A DNA stretch of 64,000 nucleotides from Takakia lepidozioides (Eukaryota > Plantae > Bryophyta). The translations under genes and the position numbers were made by a program. Location: the NCBI GenBank assembly GCA_030704615.1, contig CM060731.1, positions 19,158,001 to 19,222,000 on the forward strand, read 5' to 3'. The notes under the pieces are model-generated. The model did no database searches, was not told where the DNA came from, and saw only the letters and a program-made list of their open reading frames with translations. Below, piece by piece: positions 24,690 through 38,506 of this stretch (position 1 is the first letter of the stretch; each line of letters begins with the position of its first letter).

Positions 24690-27600
24690 AGACTCACTTT
24701 GATCGTTCGCAACATATAGATTTGCTTTCGCTTTAACTGCTTCGGCCTTTCCAATACATCTAGAGCTCTACTTGGAGGTGTTCTTCCGAGGTCGCATTGT
24801 CCACACCACACTGTTTGTATGTATCCACTTTGGTGGATCTTCATTGAACTCCCAAGCTTTGTCCCAGCAATTTCTATACATGTCCACGTCCTCCGTTGCA
24901 GCACCTTTAGGTCTCCACCACTCCAGAAGGACTTGCCGATATTTCTCATTTGAACGGTCACGAACAACATCAGAGATTGCCACACCCATCCAAACTGGAT
25001 ATGTCTCTGTGTCTGGTGGTCGAACAAGTACGAGTTTCCAATTTCAATATCTTTGAATGGGTTCATCTGCTCTTTAGGTCTCTGACTCTTTGGCCCACAA
25101 TAGGGATTCAGCTGGTTGCGATCTTCCTCCTCTGACTCCTCATGACTCTCACGTTTGACCCTAATCCCATCTCTGTCATGGTTATCTTTCTACAAAGTCG
25201 AAGGCCAAAACCCCTCCTCCAGCTTGTCATTTGGCTCAAGCAATGGCTTACCAAGTTCAATAAGAACATCCTTCCAATACTCATCGTAGTTCTTCATGAT
25301 ATTTTCGTAGTTCTTGTCGAGATCCATCCCAAGTCTCCAGAATTCGCGGTACTTCGAAAGGCCATTTACAATACTGGCATTTTTTTTCCCTGACATCTGA
25401 TTTTATTCCCCAAATAGGCTGCAGTGGAACAGGTTCCGGGACCCCTTGGGGTAGCAGGGGAGACCTCCCGTCCTCAGCAACCTTCCACATTTTGACTGCA
25501 CCCTGCTTCGAAAGCCAGTCAGCGTTGGTTGCTGATTTCTTATACTTCATTACATGCCAACCGTCACAATCCACATAGAACTTGAAGATGTGCATTTCAG
25601 ATATGCCGATTAGCGCATCGCTCCCATCAATAATATATCCATCCACAAACTTCTTGAAGTCTGCGACCTCCTGTATCAGTTGAGAGATAAATGACAGGTT
25701 TTGAGACTCCATAAAGATGTGTATGAGATCCGGAAGGATATATGTGCTCTTCTATTTCAACTTCTTTGATAGATACTAAAGTATGCATCAATATCCTCGT
25801 GGGTGTGACCAACCATCAGGAATCCAAGCTGGATCTCTTCAAAAACACCTCTCGCCGTCAAGAGTGATAAAAAAGCAAGCATCCAGCGATTTTTGTTCTC
25901 TCTTGAAGAATTGTCCATTTGCAGGTATAGTCGACAGGGTAATGGCTTGGGATGCCCTAGGCTTCAGTGCTTTCTCACATCGAGACTTTCCCCTCATTAG
26001 AGTTTCGAAAAAGGAGTTCTGCATTGGATGATCGAAAATTTCTCTTGAGTCTCGACACGTCGGCTTCTCAAGAGCGCGAAGACAACGAGCCAAGGAGCTG
26101 ATTGTCAAGTTAGGATCACTTGGCCAGAACTCGTTCGTGAACTGAGCATAAACACCGTCACCATGGCCATGAGTCACCATACCTGTTAGGGATAAGGTAG
26201 TTGACCAAGACCAGATGTCATCTTGTTTGTTACGAGGAGCCGGTCAACGCAGTCTTCGAGTGATCCATCTTATCGTGTATAATACACAAAAATTCCTTAC
26301 CCATCATCGTTGATTCATTTCGCCAACTATGATAAAGCCTGCGACATGACTCATGATGCTTCAAATGTCTCTCAAATTTCCTTTTGTGCTTTCTCTGCTC
26401 CTCAGTTCCGCTGACTGACTTCTGGATAAGATCTTTGAACATCTCACAATCTGTGCATTTCGCGAATTTCCAACCAGGTTTCCGAACCTCAACATTCCCA
26501 AAAAGTTTCGTTCGAATTCGGCTAATTCCAGACTTCGACAATTCCTTCAAGCCCATTCGTTTGTTCGCCTGATCCAATTGTCAACAATATATAGAGTTGG
26601 TATTATATTAGGGACGGGAGACCTCCCGTGGAGATTGAAATTGAGATAGAATATTCCAACATCTACATCCAAGAGATATGAAAATTTGATAGATGGTAAA
26701 AGAACGACAGACACAAAATTTCATTCTTAAATAGATGGACAAAATTGCTCCGAACGATCCATCAATGGACTATCGGTTATTATGCTGACGATTTGATATC
26801 GACTATTAGCACACGTAGCAGAATGGTTACGGGAGGTCTCCCGTGACATATGCTCCTTGAAAGTAGAAAAATATTTATAGAGGCAAAATCGGATTGGGTT
26901 GGAAAGCAGTATCCAACCTCATTGGATAGTTAGTTAAGCTCCTTCCAATTCATCTCCACCGGCAGCAACTTCAGAACATCTTCTCTTCCTTCTCCAATAC
27001 CTCTCATTTTATGAGGCATGAGGTATTGTTTCTGGAAATCACAACCTCAAAACTCCTTCCATTGTAAGGTAGGCATGACGTTTCCACAACCTGGTAGTCG
27101 GTGTTGTAGTCGTCGTGGTATGTCAAACCCTAACTCTCTCTTTGCATCAAAAGAAGATATGCCAAGAAACTTACTCCGGATAGCTTTAGTTTTTTTTCCC
27201 AGCTGAAGTGTTGACAACAGTTTCGAGCACAACAGCTCACAGAGCTTACTACTTGAATTGACTCCGAATTTAAGAGTCAGATCAATTTCTTCCCCCTGGA
27301 GTTCTCATCTCCCTTTCGAACTCGTTTCAAACATTTATACTACGATTTCTTAACTCCTTTGAGGTGGTCATCCTCCGTGTCTGACTCGTGCTCTTCATAA
27401 AAATTTGTGAGCAACTCTGATAGTTTTCGGCCATCTCGAAGTTTTGTATGTGTAAGCCGTCATTTCGTAATGATCATTAGCATATCCTGAGCTGACCCAG
27501 AGACAGCTGTAACAATTACACCGACATGCTCCTCCCAAGGTTTTCACCGAGAATAACTTCGTCAGGTTAGACACGCCACAACCCGTCCTCTCAGCGATGA

Positions 27601-27887
27601 CGTCTCTATCTCGTCATTGAGAAGATTGCACATCTGATTACGCCAAGTATCTCTTCCGAATATATGATGTGCGCCTTTCTGACACTCGGCACTCTTCTTT
27701 TTTGTTGTCTCTTGTGAAACTTTTGTTCCTGTGGCTTCAAAACCATCTGTATTGTCCTTCTGTATTGTATCCTCCAAAATATTTGTGCTCGCTCCAGCAT
27801 CAGACAAGCACACCTCACCCTCCATTCGTACAAGTTTCTCAACTTCACTAACTTTCCAGACAATCGGTTTGTCCAGGGCTTCTCCAA
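24690..27887 (-). pseudogene. Sola-like/DUF7869-type DDD transposase, multi-exon with many frameshifts
   Basis: Manual translation gives FAKCTDC, CIIHDKMDHSKT, MVTHGHGDG...WPSDPNLTI and LQMDNSSRENKNRWMLAFLSLLTARGVFEEIQLGFLMVGHTHEDIDAYFS. The DN..ENKN and GH...D motifs characterise this RNase-H-fold family. Confidence 0.8.
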
Positions 27888-28719
27888 GAGTCTCTCCGGT
27901 CTAGATGTGAATACGGCAAGCTAATTGACTCCATTCCCATGTATCACGGTTTTTCAATATGACGCACTTCTAACTACTAGAGAGACGTCTGCCATGACAA
28001 AAAATCATATTCAGACATGTACCCTCGGGCGACAATTATGGGAAACGGCGAAGAGCCGACAAGTTGGAATGAAATTCACGGCTTCTCCAATAGACAACTG
28101 TCCACAGGGTGGTAAACCATCTTCATCACGGGAGATCTCCCTACTATGCCTTCAAGATAAAAAACGGGGGAAAGCAAAAAAAAAAAAAAAAAAAAAGAGA
28201 AAAGGAAAGTAAAAGATGATATCTCAAATGTGGCACCACTCTGCAGGATGACGAGGGAGATCTCCCTTATAGTCGCATCACCTTAAGTGAGAATCCACAA
28301 AACAATTCTGGATTGTGCAAGATAGAACCTATCACCCACACAGATGTTAATAACACTAGGGCTCACGGGAGGTCTCCCGTTCTGTGATCTCCTATGGCGG
28401 AAAAAGATAAATAGAGAAAAAAAATGTTGAGTTCCAGACAAATTGGAAAGGATCTGCTCAAAGATGACGGGAGATCTTCCATCACATTCAATGGTATATA
28501 ACTGGAGAAGACGAAAGATAGAAAATGAGATTCAGAAAATAGCAACAAAAACAAAGCGAACATATCTAATGGAACAGAACTCTTCTTCGTTGTGCCAGGT
28601 AAAAAAGCAGACTCTCCGTCCTTCCACCACCCTTCCACCACTCTTCAGTCAATCCAGCACATGCGCTCCACAATTCGGCAGGGCTTCGCCGAGACTGAAT
28701 GAAATGAGAGGGAAGATTT

Positions 28720-29700
28720 TGCCCTTATATAGACCCGCATTTGCATGCTGGGCATGAGGCCAACCGCAACCATACATGAGGCTTGTACAGCAAGGGGAAT
28801 CGTTTCATTAATTACTTGCCATAATGATTGTGACAGGGGGCCTCCCGTACCCGACAGTACGAATCCTGCATGGCCGCCACGTGAATGGATATCATCTATG
28901 ATGTAACCTGCACGAACGACATCATGTAATCGGTACCGTCCAAGAGATCCCAAATAAATTTGAGCCGTCGGATTCGATGGATGTCGCATGACCATGATGA
29001 CGCTGCGCCGCGCCACGGAGGCTCTCCCCTCACAACATTCATGGAAGGTAAGATTCGCCGTAGCGTACCGCAACGCCGCCGCCGCATTCAGTAATGCCGA
29101 TGCCGCCGCATTGTGGCCGCGGCCGTCCTCGTACTCTGACATTCCAGCACATGCGTAGCTTTCCTGCTCGCCACGTGCTGGAATACTAACTATGGAAATG
29201 CCTTCACATGCATGCTCAAAAGATCGTTGAATTTGGATCGTCCATTACAGATGGAGGGCATAGAACCTTCCATGTTCATGAGTTGAATGCGCCGTTCAAC
29301 CGGAAGCCCTCCCTTAATAATTATGATTGGCTAGGTTTGGGGCCCTGCGCCCGCCGCCACCTGAATCTCGCGCATGATGGCCGCGTGGCAGGCATCGTTT
29401 CACGGGAGCCCTCCCCCTAATAATATGATTGGCCACGTTTGCAGGCCCTATGCTCGCCGCCCCCACCGCTGAATCTCGTGCATGGCTGGCGCGTGGCAGG
29501 CGCCGTTTCACCCTGAGCCCTCCCCTAATAATGATGATTGGACAGGTTTTGCGGGCAATGCGGCCGCCGCCGTTTGAATCTCGCGCCAACGGGGGGCGTG
29601 TGCAGGCACCTTTCCGTTCAATCACGGGAGCCCTCCCCTAATAATTGGTCCCTGCGACAGCTGCCCTCTTGATCTCCCGCGATGGCGGGGGCGCGTGGCA
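28720..29700. promoter_or_regulatory. Putative bidirectional promoter: minus-strand TATA box (~28725) plus four ~110-bp repeats carrying TGATTGG (CCAAT) and a palindrome-like GGGAGCCCTCCC
   Basis: GCCCTCCCCTAATAA..TGATTGG recurs at ~29305, 29408, 29517 and 29630 in GC-rich sequence between the two divergent genes. Confidence 0.5.
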
Positions 29701-32700
29701 GTTCTTAGGACATGCACCGGGTCATGTCTGCCATCCCCCCGGGTAATAATAAAGTGGAGGCTCCCTGGTTTCTTCTCCCTCTCACACTTTCATGAACCGA
29801 AGCCCTGCTGCAACTTAGAGCCACGAGTTTTGAAGCTTGAGAGGGAGTGAAGGGAGTGAAGGAGGGTCGTGTGTGTGCATCTGACCTGCGTCTGCATCTG
29901 TTGTCTGTTGCGTCTAGCAATGTTTCATGATTTCGTTTGTTAGTTTCAGCTGTGTGGTGCGGTCGTCGTTCAGGAGGGCGATCAGGAGGGCGATCAGGAG
30001 AGCGGTGGCGAGCCCGTGCTGGTGTTTTTGGTGTAATTTGATTAGTGCATTGCTGCTTGCGATTATTCTTCAACCCATGGAAGGATCAAGCTCACGGTAT
30101 GTACTTTTGTATCTTCCCACAACTGATTGATTAGGATTGCATTAGGTGACCCAAGCATTTTCTCATTCCAGGGGAGGTCTCCTTCCCATGCTAGTCATGG
30201 GACCGCTTCATGGATTGGTTTTTCAGGATACAACCAAGTGTTTAATTGATCCAAAAGATGTAATGAAGACACTTTCCACTTCTCCATGGGCACTTTTTGC
30301 TTATCAACTCATGTCCTTCAGTTCTGTCTATGCATGCACCCCTGACCTTTTCAAAGGGTGATGACCTATGCATTTTCCGATATTGTTCGAAGGAAATGGC
30401 TATCTTCTTAGATGATTTTTGTTGCCATGGAGAAATCCACAGTCCACACAAACATCCCGCACTTCGGAAGGCTTTTCTTTCCTCAATGTAGGGAGACTGG
30501 GATTCCTTGAACCCAATGAAATGTGTCTTTGCTATTACCATGGACTCTTGTTAGGCCATAGTGTTCCAAACATGGAATTTCTTCCTAACGACCCATCCAA
30601 GGTCAAGCTCTCCCATTAATTTCTCAGGGGAAGGTCTCTCCCTCTACTCCAGGGGACCTCTCCTGTTTGTTCTCCTCAGGGAGGTCTCCCGTGATAAAAC
30701 CATTGTCGGCGGTAGGGAATGTCACGGGAGACCTCCCGTGATATTTAAGACGTGTATCCAAGAGCGTAATAGAGTGTATAATGTCGACCAGGGAATGAGG
30801 TCATACCGCCAAAGAGTAGTAACTCCCTTTCACTGACCTTTTTTTCAGTTTGAACAGAGTTTGGATCATGCTATCCAGAAATGAGTGGAGGAGGACGGCA
30901 AGGAATCCGAGCTAAGCCATTGCAGTGGAAGCAATGTAATGTTGTCGCCCCAGAGAATATCTAGCACATTCACCAGAATACACCCTGCAGATGACACTAT
31001 TCACCGACAGATTCACCAGTCTACACCCGTGCGAGCACCAGTTTACATACCAGCAGATTCACCAGAATACACCCCCTTTAGAGGATACTTATGTCCCAAG
31101 CAAATTCACGTAGTATACACCCGCTTCAGAGGGACACTTACTTCTTCCACCAGCTGTCACCCCAGTGTAACATACTAGCAGATTCACCATATACAACCCC
31201 CTTTAGAGGACTCGTATGTACCTTCAGATTCATCAGTATACACCCTCCCCTGCAGAGTACACTTACATACCAGCCAGCAGTTGTCTACCCACCCAGTGTA
31301 CATACCAGCGCAGATTCCCAATAATACACTCCAGGACTGTACACTCCACAATAGCACGCCCCTGGATGCACATGTGTATCCTCCCGGAGCAAATTCCCAG
31401 GATGCACAGGCGTCGAACTCAATGGAAACCGACGAAATCTCCAAGATATTCCCTGATTGGGTTTCGGACAACGACTCTTGGAGTCCTGGATACCTCTCCA
31501 GCGACACCTCGAAGGGATCCAAAGCAGGGAAACTAAAGGAGAAGAGTTCTGCACACCAATCGCATAATCAGACTGGCTAGATAGCCCAATGCATTGTGGG
31601 TGACTATAGGGCAATTTCTTGATGTAGATTCTAGCAAACCGTAGATGGTAGGTGGGGTTGCTTCTAGAGGTTTAGGTTTGGAAAGTGTAGGTGGGGTTGC
31701 ATTTTGTGAGTTGATCACGGGAGGTCTCCCGTCACTGTATTGAATTACATCTCTGGTGTACTTGAAGCACCCTGGGTTTTTGATTTACTACTAATTGAAG
31801 TTCTGAAACCTCCATGTTGCTGTTTATATACTGTGTTTATGAGAACTTGAATTATCCTTATTGGTGGTATTGTTCATTGTTGTCACGGGAGATCTCCCGT
31901 GAAATTGAGATATAGCTCCATACGGTTCGGAAAGACCGTTGTGTTGGTTGTATTTGGTGTTTATATTAACGGGTTGTTCTTTTGTTGATTGTGCTGCCAG
32001 AACAAAGATTCCAAAGGAATTAGTCGCAGTTATGAGCGCCGAAATTGCCGGTTCCTTCATATATCCACACATTGAAGAATTCACAATAAAGCATGATGGC
32101 TTTTACGAGCTAAAGAGGAGTATTGACTACTGGGGTATCGACATTGCTGACTCCCCGAACCCAGAGAAAGCCATCTTCCGTTACCAGATTGGTGCAGAAA
32201 AGAAAACACTTTTGTGTTGTGATGTGTTGGGAATTGAAACGGAGGACTCCGAGACGGATAACAGGGTTACCCTTGCTGTGTTCATCCGCGAGAAGCCAGG
32301 AAAGGGAGAAGGTATTGGGTTCTCTGTGGATGCCATGAGTCTGAGTAGTGATCTGATGGATTCACGATTCGGATGGGATTCAGGGTCCCTGTTGTCGAAG
32401 ACAACCTGGAGATGGAAATCCTCAAGAGCTGGAAAATACCTTGACAGAATTCTCTACAATAATGCCAAGGAGAGAAAGCAATTGCAGGTACAACGACTCC
32501 AATCGGAGCAAAAGCAGTTGGAGGACACGAAGAAGAAACCGAAAAAAACAAAAAAGCCAAAAGAAGGAAATGGAGATGATGACGAAGAAGAGGGGGGGGG
32601 AGAAAACGACGAATGGCCATCGATATAGTGAATAGCCAAGAAAAGAGGCACCTGAAGACTGCGAGATTTTTGACCTGGATGAGGCGAAGAAGGTCGAGAC

Positions 32701-34826
32701 GACTCTCATCGAGCAATACCAGGATATATTCCCGTTTGGATTTGAATACGTCCAGGAAGTGGACATCAACCACTATTTTTTGGCCCCACAACATATGGTT
32801 TATCGACCACTCTGTGAGAAACACAAGCTGGAGATTAAATCAAGGCTAGTTGCGTACAACCTAATTGACTCAAAAATGCCTGTTTACTTGATTCCACGAC
32901 ACAAGACCGATCCCACGAAGGTGTGGAGCAGGAAACCCGTCAATGAGCGCGAACTGCAGAAGGCGACATATTTTATTATCGGAGGCCAACATACATTGAT
33001 GGCAACCCAGGTCAGGGGAGGTCTCCCGTGCTAACTCACCTTCAAGAAATTCTACTTACTATTTGACCATGTATTTGTCCACTGTCCATTTTCGATTGTC
33101 TCTCTTATAATGCTAATCAACTGAACTGTGATGATTGTAGGAGCTCTTGGAGGCCGGCACTGAGTAATGATGTCCTGATAAAATCGCTACGTACATGGCC
33201 TGCTAAGATAGTGTACTCGATGGATGAGCTTCGACTGGTGACTATCTCCAAGGTTCTGAATAAGCCCAACAAGGAGAATCTTTACGAACCGTCTTTCTAT
33301 GAAAAGGTCCGTCACTGCAGAAATATTACAATTACAAGGAGCGGCCCCAGAAGTATGATGAGCATCATCGAGTCGAGACTCAGCAGTGGAAGGTGAGGGT
33401 GACCACCAGAGGTCTCCCGTCCTCTCTTTCCATTCATCTATCACTGCAGCGATGCAATGGATATCTACATTATAGTCGATCGAAATCCAATGTCATCACC
33501 CACACCAGCAACCACATTCGTTGTCCCAGCAACTTCTCTTCCGTTCAGGTCATTTGGGATGTGTTCTGCTTTGTTTTGCGGTGCTTCTCTCTTTCTCCAA
33601 TCTGGTGACATTCTCGATCTGGAAGAGATCCACGCACCATCCAGATTTGAAGTTGGGGATGATGCTTCATGATGTGATTGTCTCTTGGTTACTTAAGGGT
33701 TTCTGTACCACAGGTTTGACTCTGTTCTAGGTCAAGAATGTCTCCAGAAAAAGAAAGGGGAAAATGGAGAAGCAAGCACGCAATACAAAGTAGGAGACAC
33801 TCCAGAAAGAGTGACCAATTGTCAACATCCTCTTGGTTGTTTTAAATCATCAATTGAAGGTGTTGGTAGGAAGTTAGCTGGACGTGTTTGAAGTGCTGGA
33901 GTTAGCTGGAAGTCCGTAAGTGTTGGCTGAATGTGAAAGTTAGGAAGGGAGACCTCCCATGGTAGTTAACTACACTTGTTGGTATGTGCAGGATTTCATG
34001 GTCGGACCTCAAAACCATTCTGGATGTGAAAAACGACAAAGAGGCAATGCCACTTGTGTTCACCTCCGATCGGACCTGGAATTACTGGACAAGAGTGTTC
34101 ATGAAATGGAGAAGGCGAGCTCATTGACCCCAAAGGGAATATCCCCATGAAAAGCAGCCAGCACTCAAAAAATCTAGCGTTGCTCGACTGCAGGGTTTGG
34201 ACGACAGCCAGATTTGGAAGGTTGCCCACATGTTACTCAAAAACAAAGTGTCGATGCGTCATCCATACACAGGGCCTGACCCCGATGTTCTGAGTCTAGA
34301 GGATTATTGCAAGTACAAGAAGTTGAGGAGGCACAATATTGATGATATCATGGTCGGTTTTGGATTTAAGGAGCCGACGAAGGACAACCGACATCCATAC
34401 ACAAAGTTGGAGTGGACCGCCATCAAACATAAGTACGAAATCAACAAGCACAGTTTTTGTGCACTTAAGAATGCTCTCGGAACCCCTACCTTGACGCAAA
34501 AATGAAGCCAACGACTGGAAAGCAGAAGCAACCACTTCAATTTCTGAATTAATTCAAGCCATGAAATCGCTTGCAGAGACCCACGAGGTTCGCTTGATAG
34601 AGTTTGCAGTGTGTGCGAGATTGGAACAGGGCTCGAGAGATTGAGACGGTGGCAATGTTCGCCACAAAAGCATTTGAAGTTGTTTCGCTCATCATGATCA
34701 GCACATTGAATGAGCGTCCAGACAAGATCGAGCCTTGGATGGAGAATGAGTTCGCCGACCTCTTCAATGGCATGAGGGTCAAGAAAAATCAGGACCAACG
34801 TATTTTGTGTCATCACACGATACTGA

Positions 34827-35078
34827 TAGCTCTCATGAGCTGCTAGCGTACATTCAATCCACAAAGGGGAAATTCCTTATAGAGACAAGCTTCTACATTC
34901 CATTGAGAGGGAGATTTTTTTTCAAGACAAAGAATTTTGAGACTCCAATAAATAGCTCTCATGAGCTGCTAGCGTACATTCAATCCACAAAGGGGAAATT
35001 CCTTATAGAGACAAGCTTCTACATTCCATTGAAGAGGGAGATTTTTTTCAAGACAAAGAATTTTGAGACTCCAATAAA
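34827..35078 (+). repeat. Near-perfect ~125-bp tandem duplication spanning an exon end and intron start
   Basis: ATAGCTCTCATGAGCTGCTAGCGTACATTC...GAGACTCCAATAA occurs twice. Confidence 0.9.
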
Positions 35079-35490
35079 TATTCATTTCCATTTCATTTTT
35101 CCGATGGCAGACGCGGAGTGGGACACCGTGGACGAGGTCGTGCGGAGGAGCATCACAGCCGACCATCGATACATCCCAAGAGTGCTACATACAAAGGCGG
35201 AAGAATCTGAAAATCCTCTGCAAAGTCGCTACTACAACAATGAGATCCGATCATCGGCCATCGACCAGGTCGTTGAGACCTTCTGTCCGGAGGGCTCTTC
35301 CGTTGTCAATGTGTATTGTTGTGGGATTGTCACATACTCGCTTCTGGTAAGAACCTACAAACTCAAATGTTAATTTGCTTCGTGAAATTTTCGTCCAGTG
35401 ACGGGAGATCTCCCGTCAATCCTTTTGTCGGGAGATCTTCCGTCGTTCGTTTAGTGGGATACATCCGGCGGTAAATTAAGTTCAATCAGG

Positions 35491-37020
35491 ACACTAGTGA
35501 TACCCAGGTGATTAACCACACATTCATTACGGGGATTTCAAGAGTGCCTGAACAGACTTACCTTGTAAACCACAAGACTTTATGCAACACTGGCAATGTT
35601 GGATAAGATCTTGTAGTTAACTTGGTAGGTATGGCCAGACATAAAACTTGAAGTATTTCCCAGATTGTGAGAGCTCTCATATTGCTTCACATGATGGGTT
35701 GAAAGTGTGCGTAGGAAGTCACCATATTTTCCAAGCGATTTTTTGACCTCCTTCTACGGGTGACCTCCCTTCTTTCTTTGTCTAGGTTCATCTGTGTCTT
35801 TCACTGTATCCAGTTCGTAGAATTTGGATCATTGAAACCTTCTCCCTTCCGGTCCATTGACCATTCAAGTATTTCAAGATGAACCTCGAGTAGGACTTGG
35901 CTGGCACGACACGCTACTGATACCCAAGTGATCCATAACATTCATGACGGGACATTTGGAGTGCAGCCAAATACTTTCAGAGGGCGACACAAGTCTTTAT
36001 ATTACAGACTGGCGATGTAATCTAAAATCTTGCGTGGCTTTAATGTAAGTATGGCCATGCACAAGCCTGAATTGTCACTGCTAAGAATGATGATGTGTTG
36101 AAAGTGTTTTTGGCAGAAGTCCAGTGAACGACCTTTTGACCATTCATTTGAACAATCATTTGAGATGAACCTCGCGCTAGATTACTGTTTCAAAAACACT
36201 ACTGATACCCACGTGATTAGCTACATTCATTGCAGGACTTCTCTAGTTGCCTCCGTATTCTTACAAAGTGATACACAAGACTTTAGTTAACACACTTGCG
36301 ATGTTATCTAACATCTTGGGTATCACTTTGTAACTATGGCCATGCACATGCAGGAATGTCTCTGCTTTGAATGCTATATCCTTGCTTCAAATGATGATGG
36401 GTTGAAAGTGTTTGCTGGCAGACGTGGATTGACAGGAGATCTCCCAGCTTTACTATGTCGGGAGACCTCCCGTTGTTGCTTCTCGGAAGATAATGACCAT
36501 TAATGACCATTCTTTTCGGCCTGTTTAAGATGACCAGTCTGACACAAAACACTATTAATAACCTAGGTGATTAACCACAATGATTAAGGGGATTTCAAGA
36601 GTGCATGATCAAACTTACCATGTAAACCACAAGACTTTGTGTATCATTAGCAATGTTATATAAGATCTTGTGGTTTACTCGATAAGTATGGCAAGCCAGA
36701 AACATGGAGTAATTCCCAGATTGATTTATTGATGATGTGTCAAATGTGAGTGCTGGTAGAATTTCATTGATGGGAGATATTCTGTTCTTCCATTGACGGG
36801 AGACCTCCCGTCCTCCCTTTCACTATACTTATTTGAGTCTTGTCCGGCGAGGAACTACCCGGATGATTAGCCAGATTCATTCTGAGTGCATGCGCATTCC
36901 TACAATGTGATACACAAGATTTTATTTAACACAATGGCGATGTTATCTAAGATCTTGTGGATCAATTTGTGGGCATGGACATTCTAAGTCTCTGAAAATG
37001 AGTCCTCTGTTATTGCTTAA
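35491..37020 (+). ncRNA. Intronic array of structured-RNA units 1-5 (pre-miRNA-like hairpins with conserved flanks)
   Basis: Units start at ~35491, 35911, 36196, 36548 and 36853. Each has GTGATTA..CATTCAT, then a hairpin (CACAAG...loop...ATCTTG), then ATGATG(G/T)GTTGAAAGTG. The arms covary. Strand is assumed from the host gene. Confidence 0.55.
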
Positions 37021-37669
37021 CCCCTAAGCGTCAAAACGACCCAACTTGGGTCGGTTGGGTTTAGAAAACAGGCTGGTTATCCCTGAGGTTAAGCCTGATG
37101 TGGGCCCACATAGGCTCATTCGATTGGAAATCAAGTCAGGTATGATGTGGCATTGCCCAATTGGTCATATGTCTTGGCAATTGCCACGTGGAGAGCGTAG
37201 AGTCCGCCACACTCGTGATTTTGAGGCCACTTTCCACCATCTAACCTGCCTTGAGGATGACGTGACAACTAGGGTCAGGTTAGGGTGAAATTCCATGCAC
37301 CCCCCCATGGCAGGGTGGCGCGTCTCCCAACACCCTTTATTGCGCCACTTACCCCCCTAAATGGCACCCGCAGCCGACCTGCCTCGGAGATCTCCATGCC
37401 TAATCCCCAAGCTGGAATCAATGGCGATGGTAGCTCCGGGCGTGGTTTGGTGTCAAACCTGTTGTTGTGGTGGGGGGGGGGGGGCGGGAGGAGACTCAAT
37501 TGATGCGCAGCGGTGCGCAGCTCGAGAGCTGCCTCGAGATGCTTCTTCGACATTTTTTATTATCGCATTGATGCGATGTTGTGTGCGAGGGAGGCAGCGC
37601 AAGTGGACAGGCATAGAGCCGCGTTGCGTACCTCCAGCCATGCCCGTGAGATTTACTTCAATGTTTTTT

Positions 37670-38135
37670 TTTGGTGATTTCTCACTCCATGCTTGTGCGA
37701 TGGCTGCGCAGGCAAGGAGCGAGCGGTGGTGGCAGGGAGCGAGCGAGCAGGTGAGTGACCACTTGCAATGGTTTTTTTTTTTTGTTTTTTTTTGTTTTGT
37801 TTTGTTTTTTCGGTGATTGGCTCACTCCATCTTGTGCGATGGCTGCGTAGGGAACGAGCGGTGGTGGCAGGCAGGGAGGAAGCGGGTAGCTGCGCAGGGA
37901 GGGAGCGAGCAGGTGAGTGACCACCTTCAATGCTTTTATTATTATTATTATATTTTTGGGCGATTGGCTCACTCCATGCTTCTGCGATGGCTGCGCAGGG
38001 AACGAGCGGGTGGTTGCGCAGGGAGGAGGAGTTATTTTTTTATTTTTTTATTTTTTATTTTTTATTTTCCGACTTTGTGTGATTTCTCACTCACTCCATG
38101 CGTGTGCAAGGGCTGCGCAGGCAGGGAGCAAGCGA
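37670..38135 (+). repeat. ~140-bp direct repeats in the piggyBac left internal region
   Basis: CTCACTCCATGC..TGCGATGGCTGCGCAGG..GAGCG units separated by T-rich runs. Confidence 0.8.
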
Positions 38136-38474
38136 GAGGGGAGGCAGGCTGCCGTCCTCACCTCCAGCAAAGCCCTACTGGGCGCTAGCGATGGTGGCCT
38201 TCAATTCCAACGGCGATGGAGGCAGCGTGGGGCCTGAGCGCATCTTGTGGGTACACTTCGAGCCTCCCTGACTTCATTTCCTGCTTTTCACGTACATTCA
38301 CCTTGAGTTGCCTTGAAGTTTTTGGATAGTTTTGAATGCAGTAAGTCTAATGGTTGCCTTGCTGTTATGGCTGCATATGATTACTGCTTGCCTGCCATGG
38401 GAGGCGATTCTTCATGGGTGTGCCCTGTGTGGGGGAGGTAGCCAGCCTCCATGCAGGTAATCAGCCTGTCCCTT

Positions 38475-38506
<32 letters not shown>

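Noticed and set aside
28645-29142. 165-aa minus-strand ORF as a third gene of the element
   Set aside because: It has no recognisable motif, lies in GC-rich promoter-like DNA and runs through the putative TATA box. Not excluded, but unsupported.
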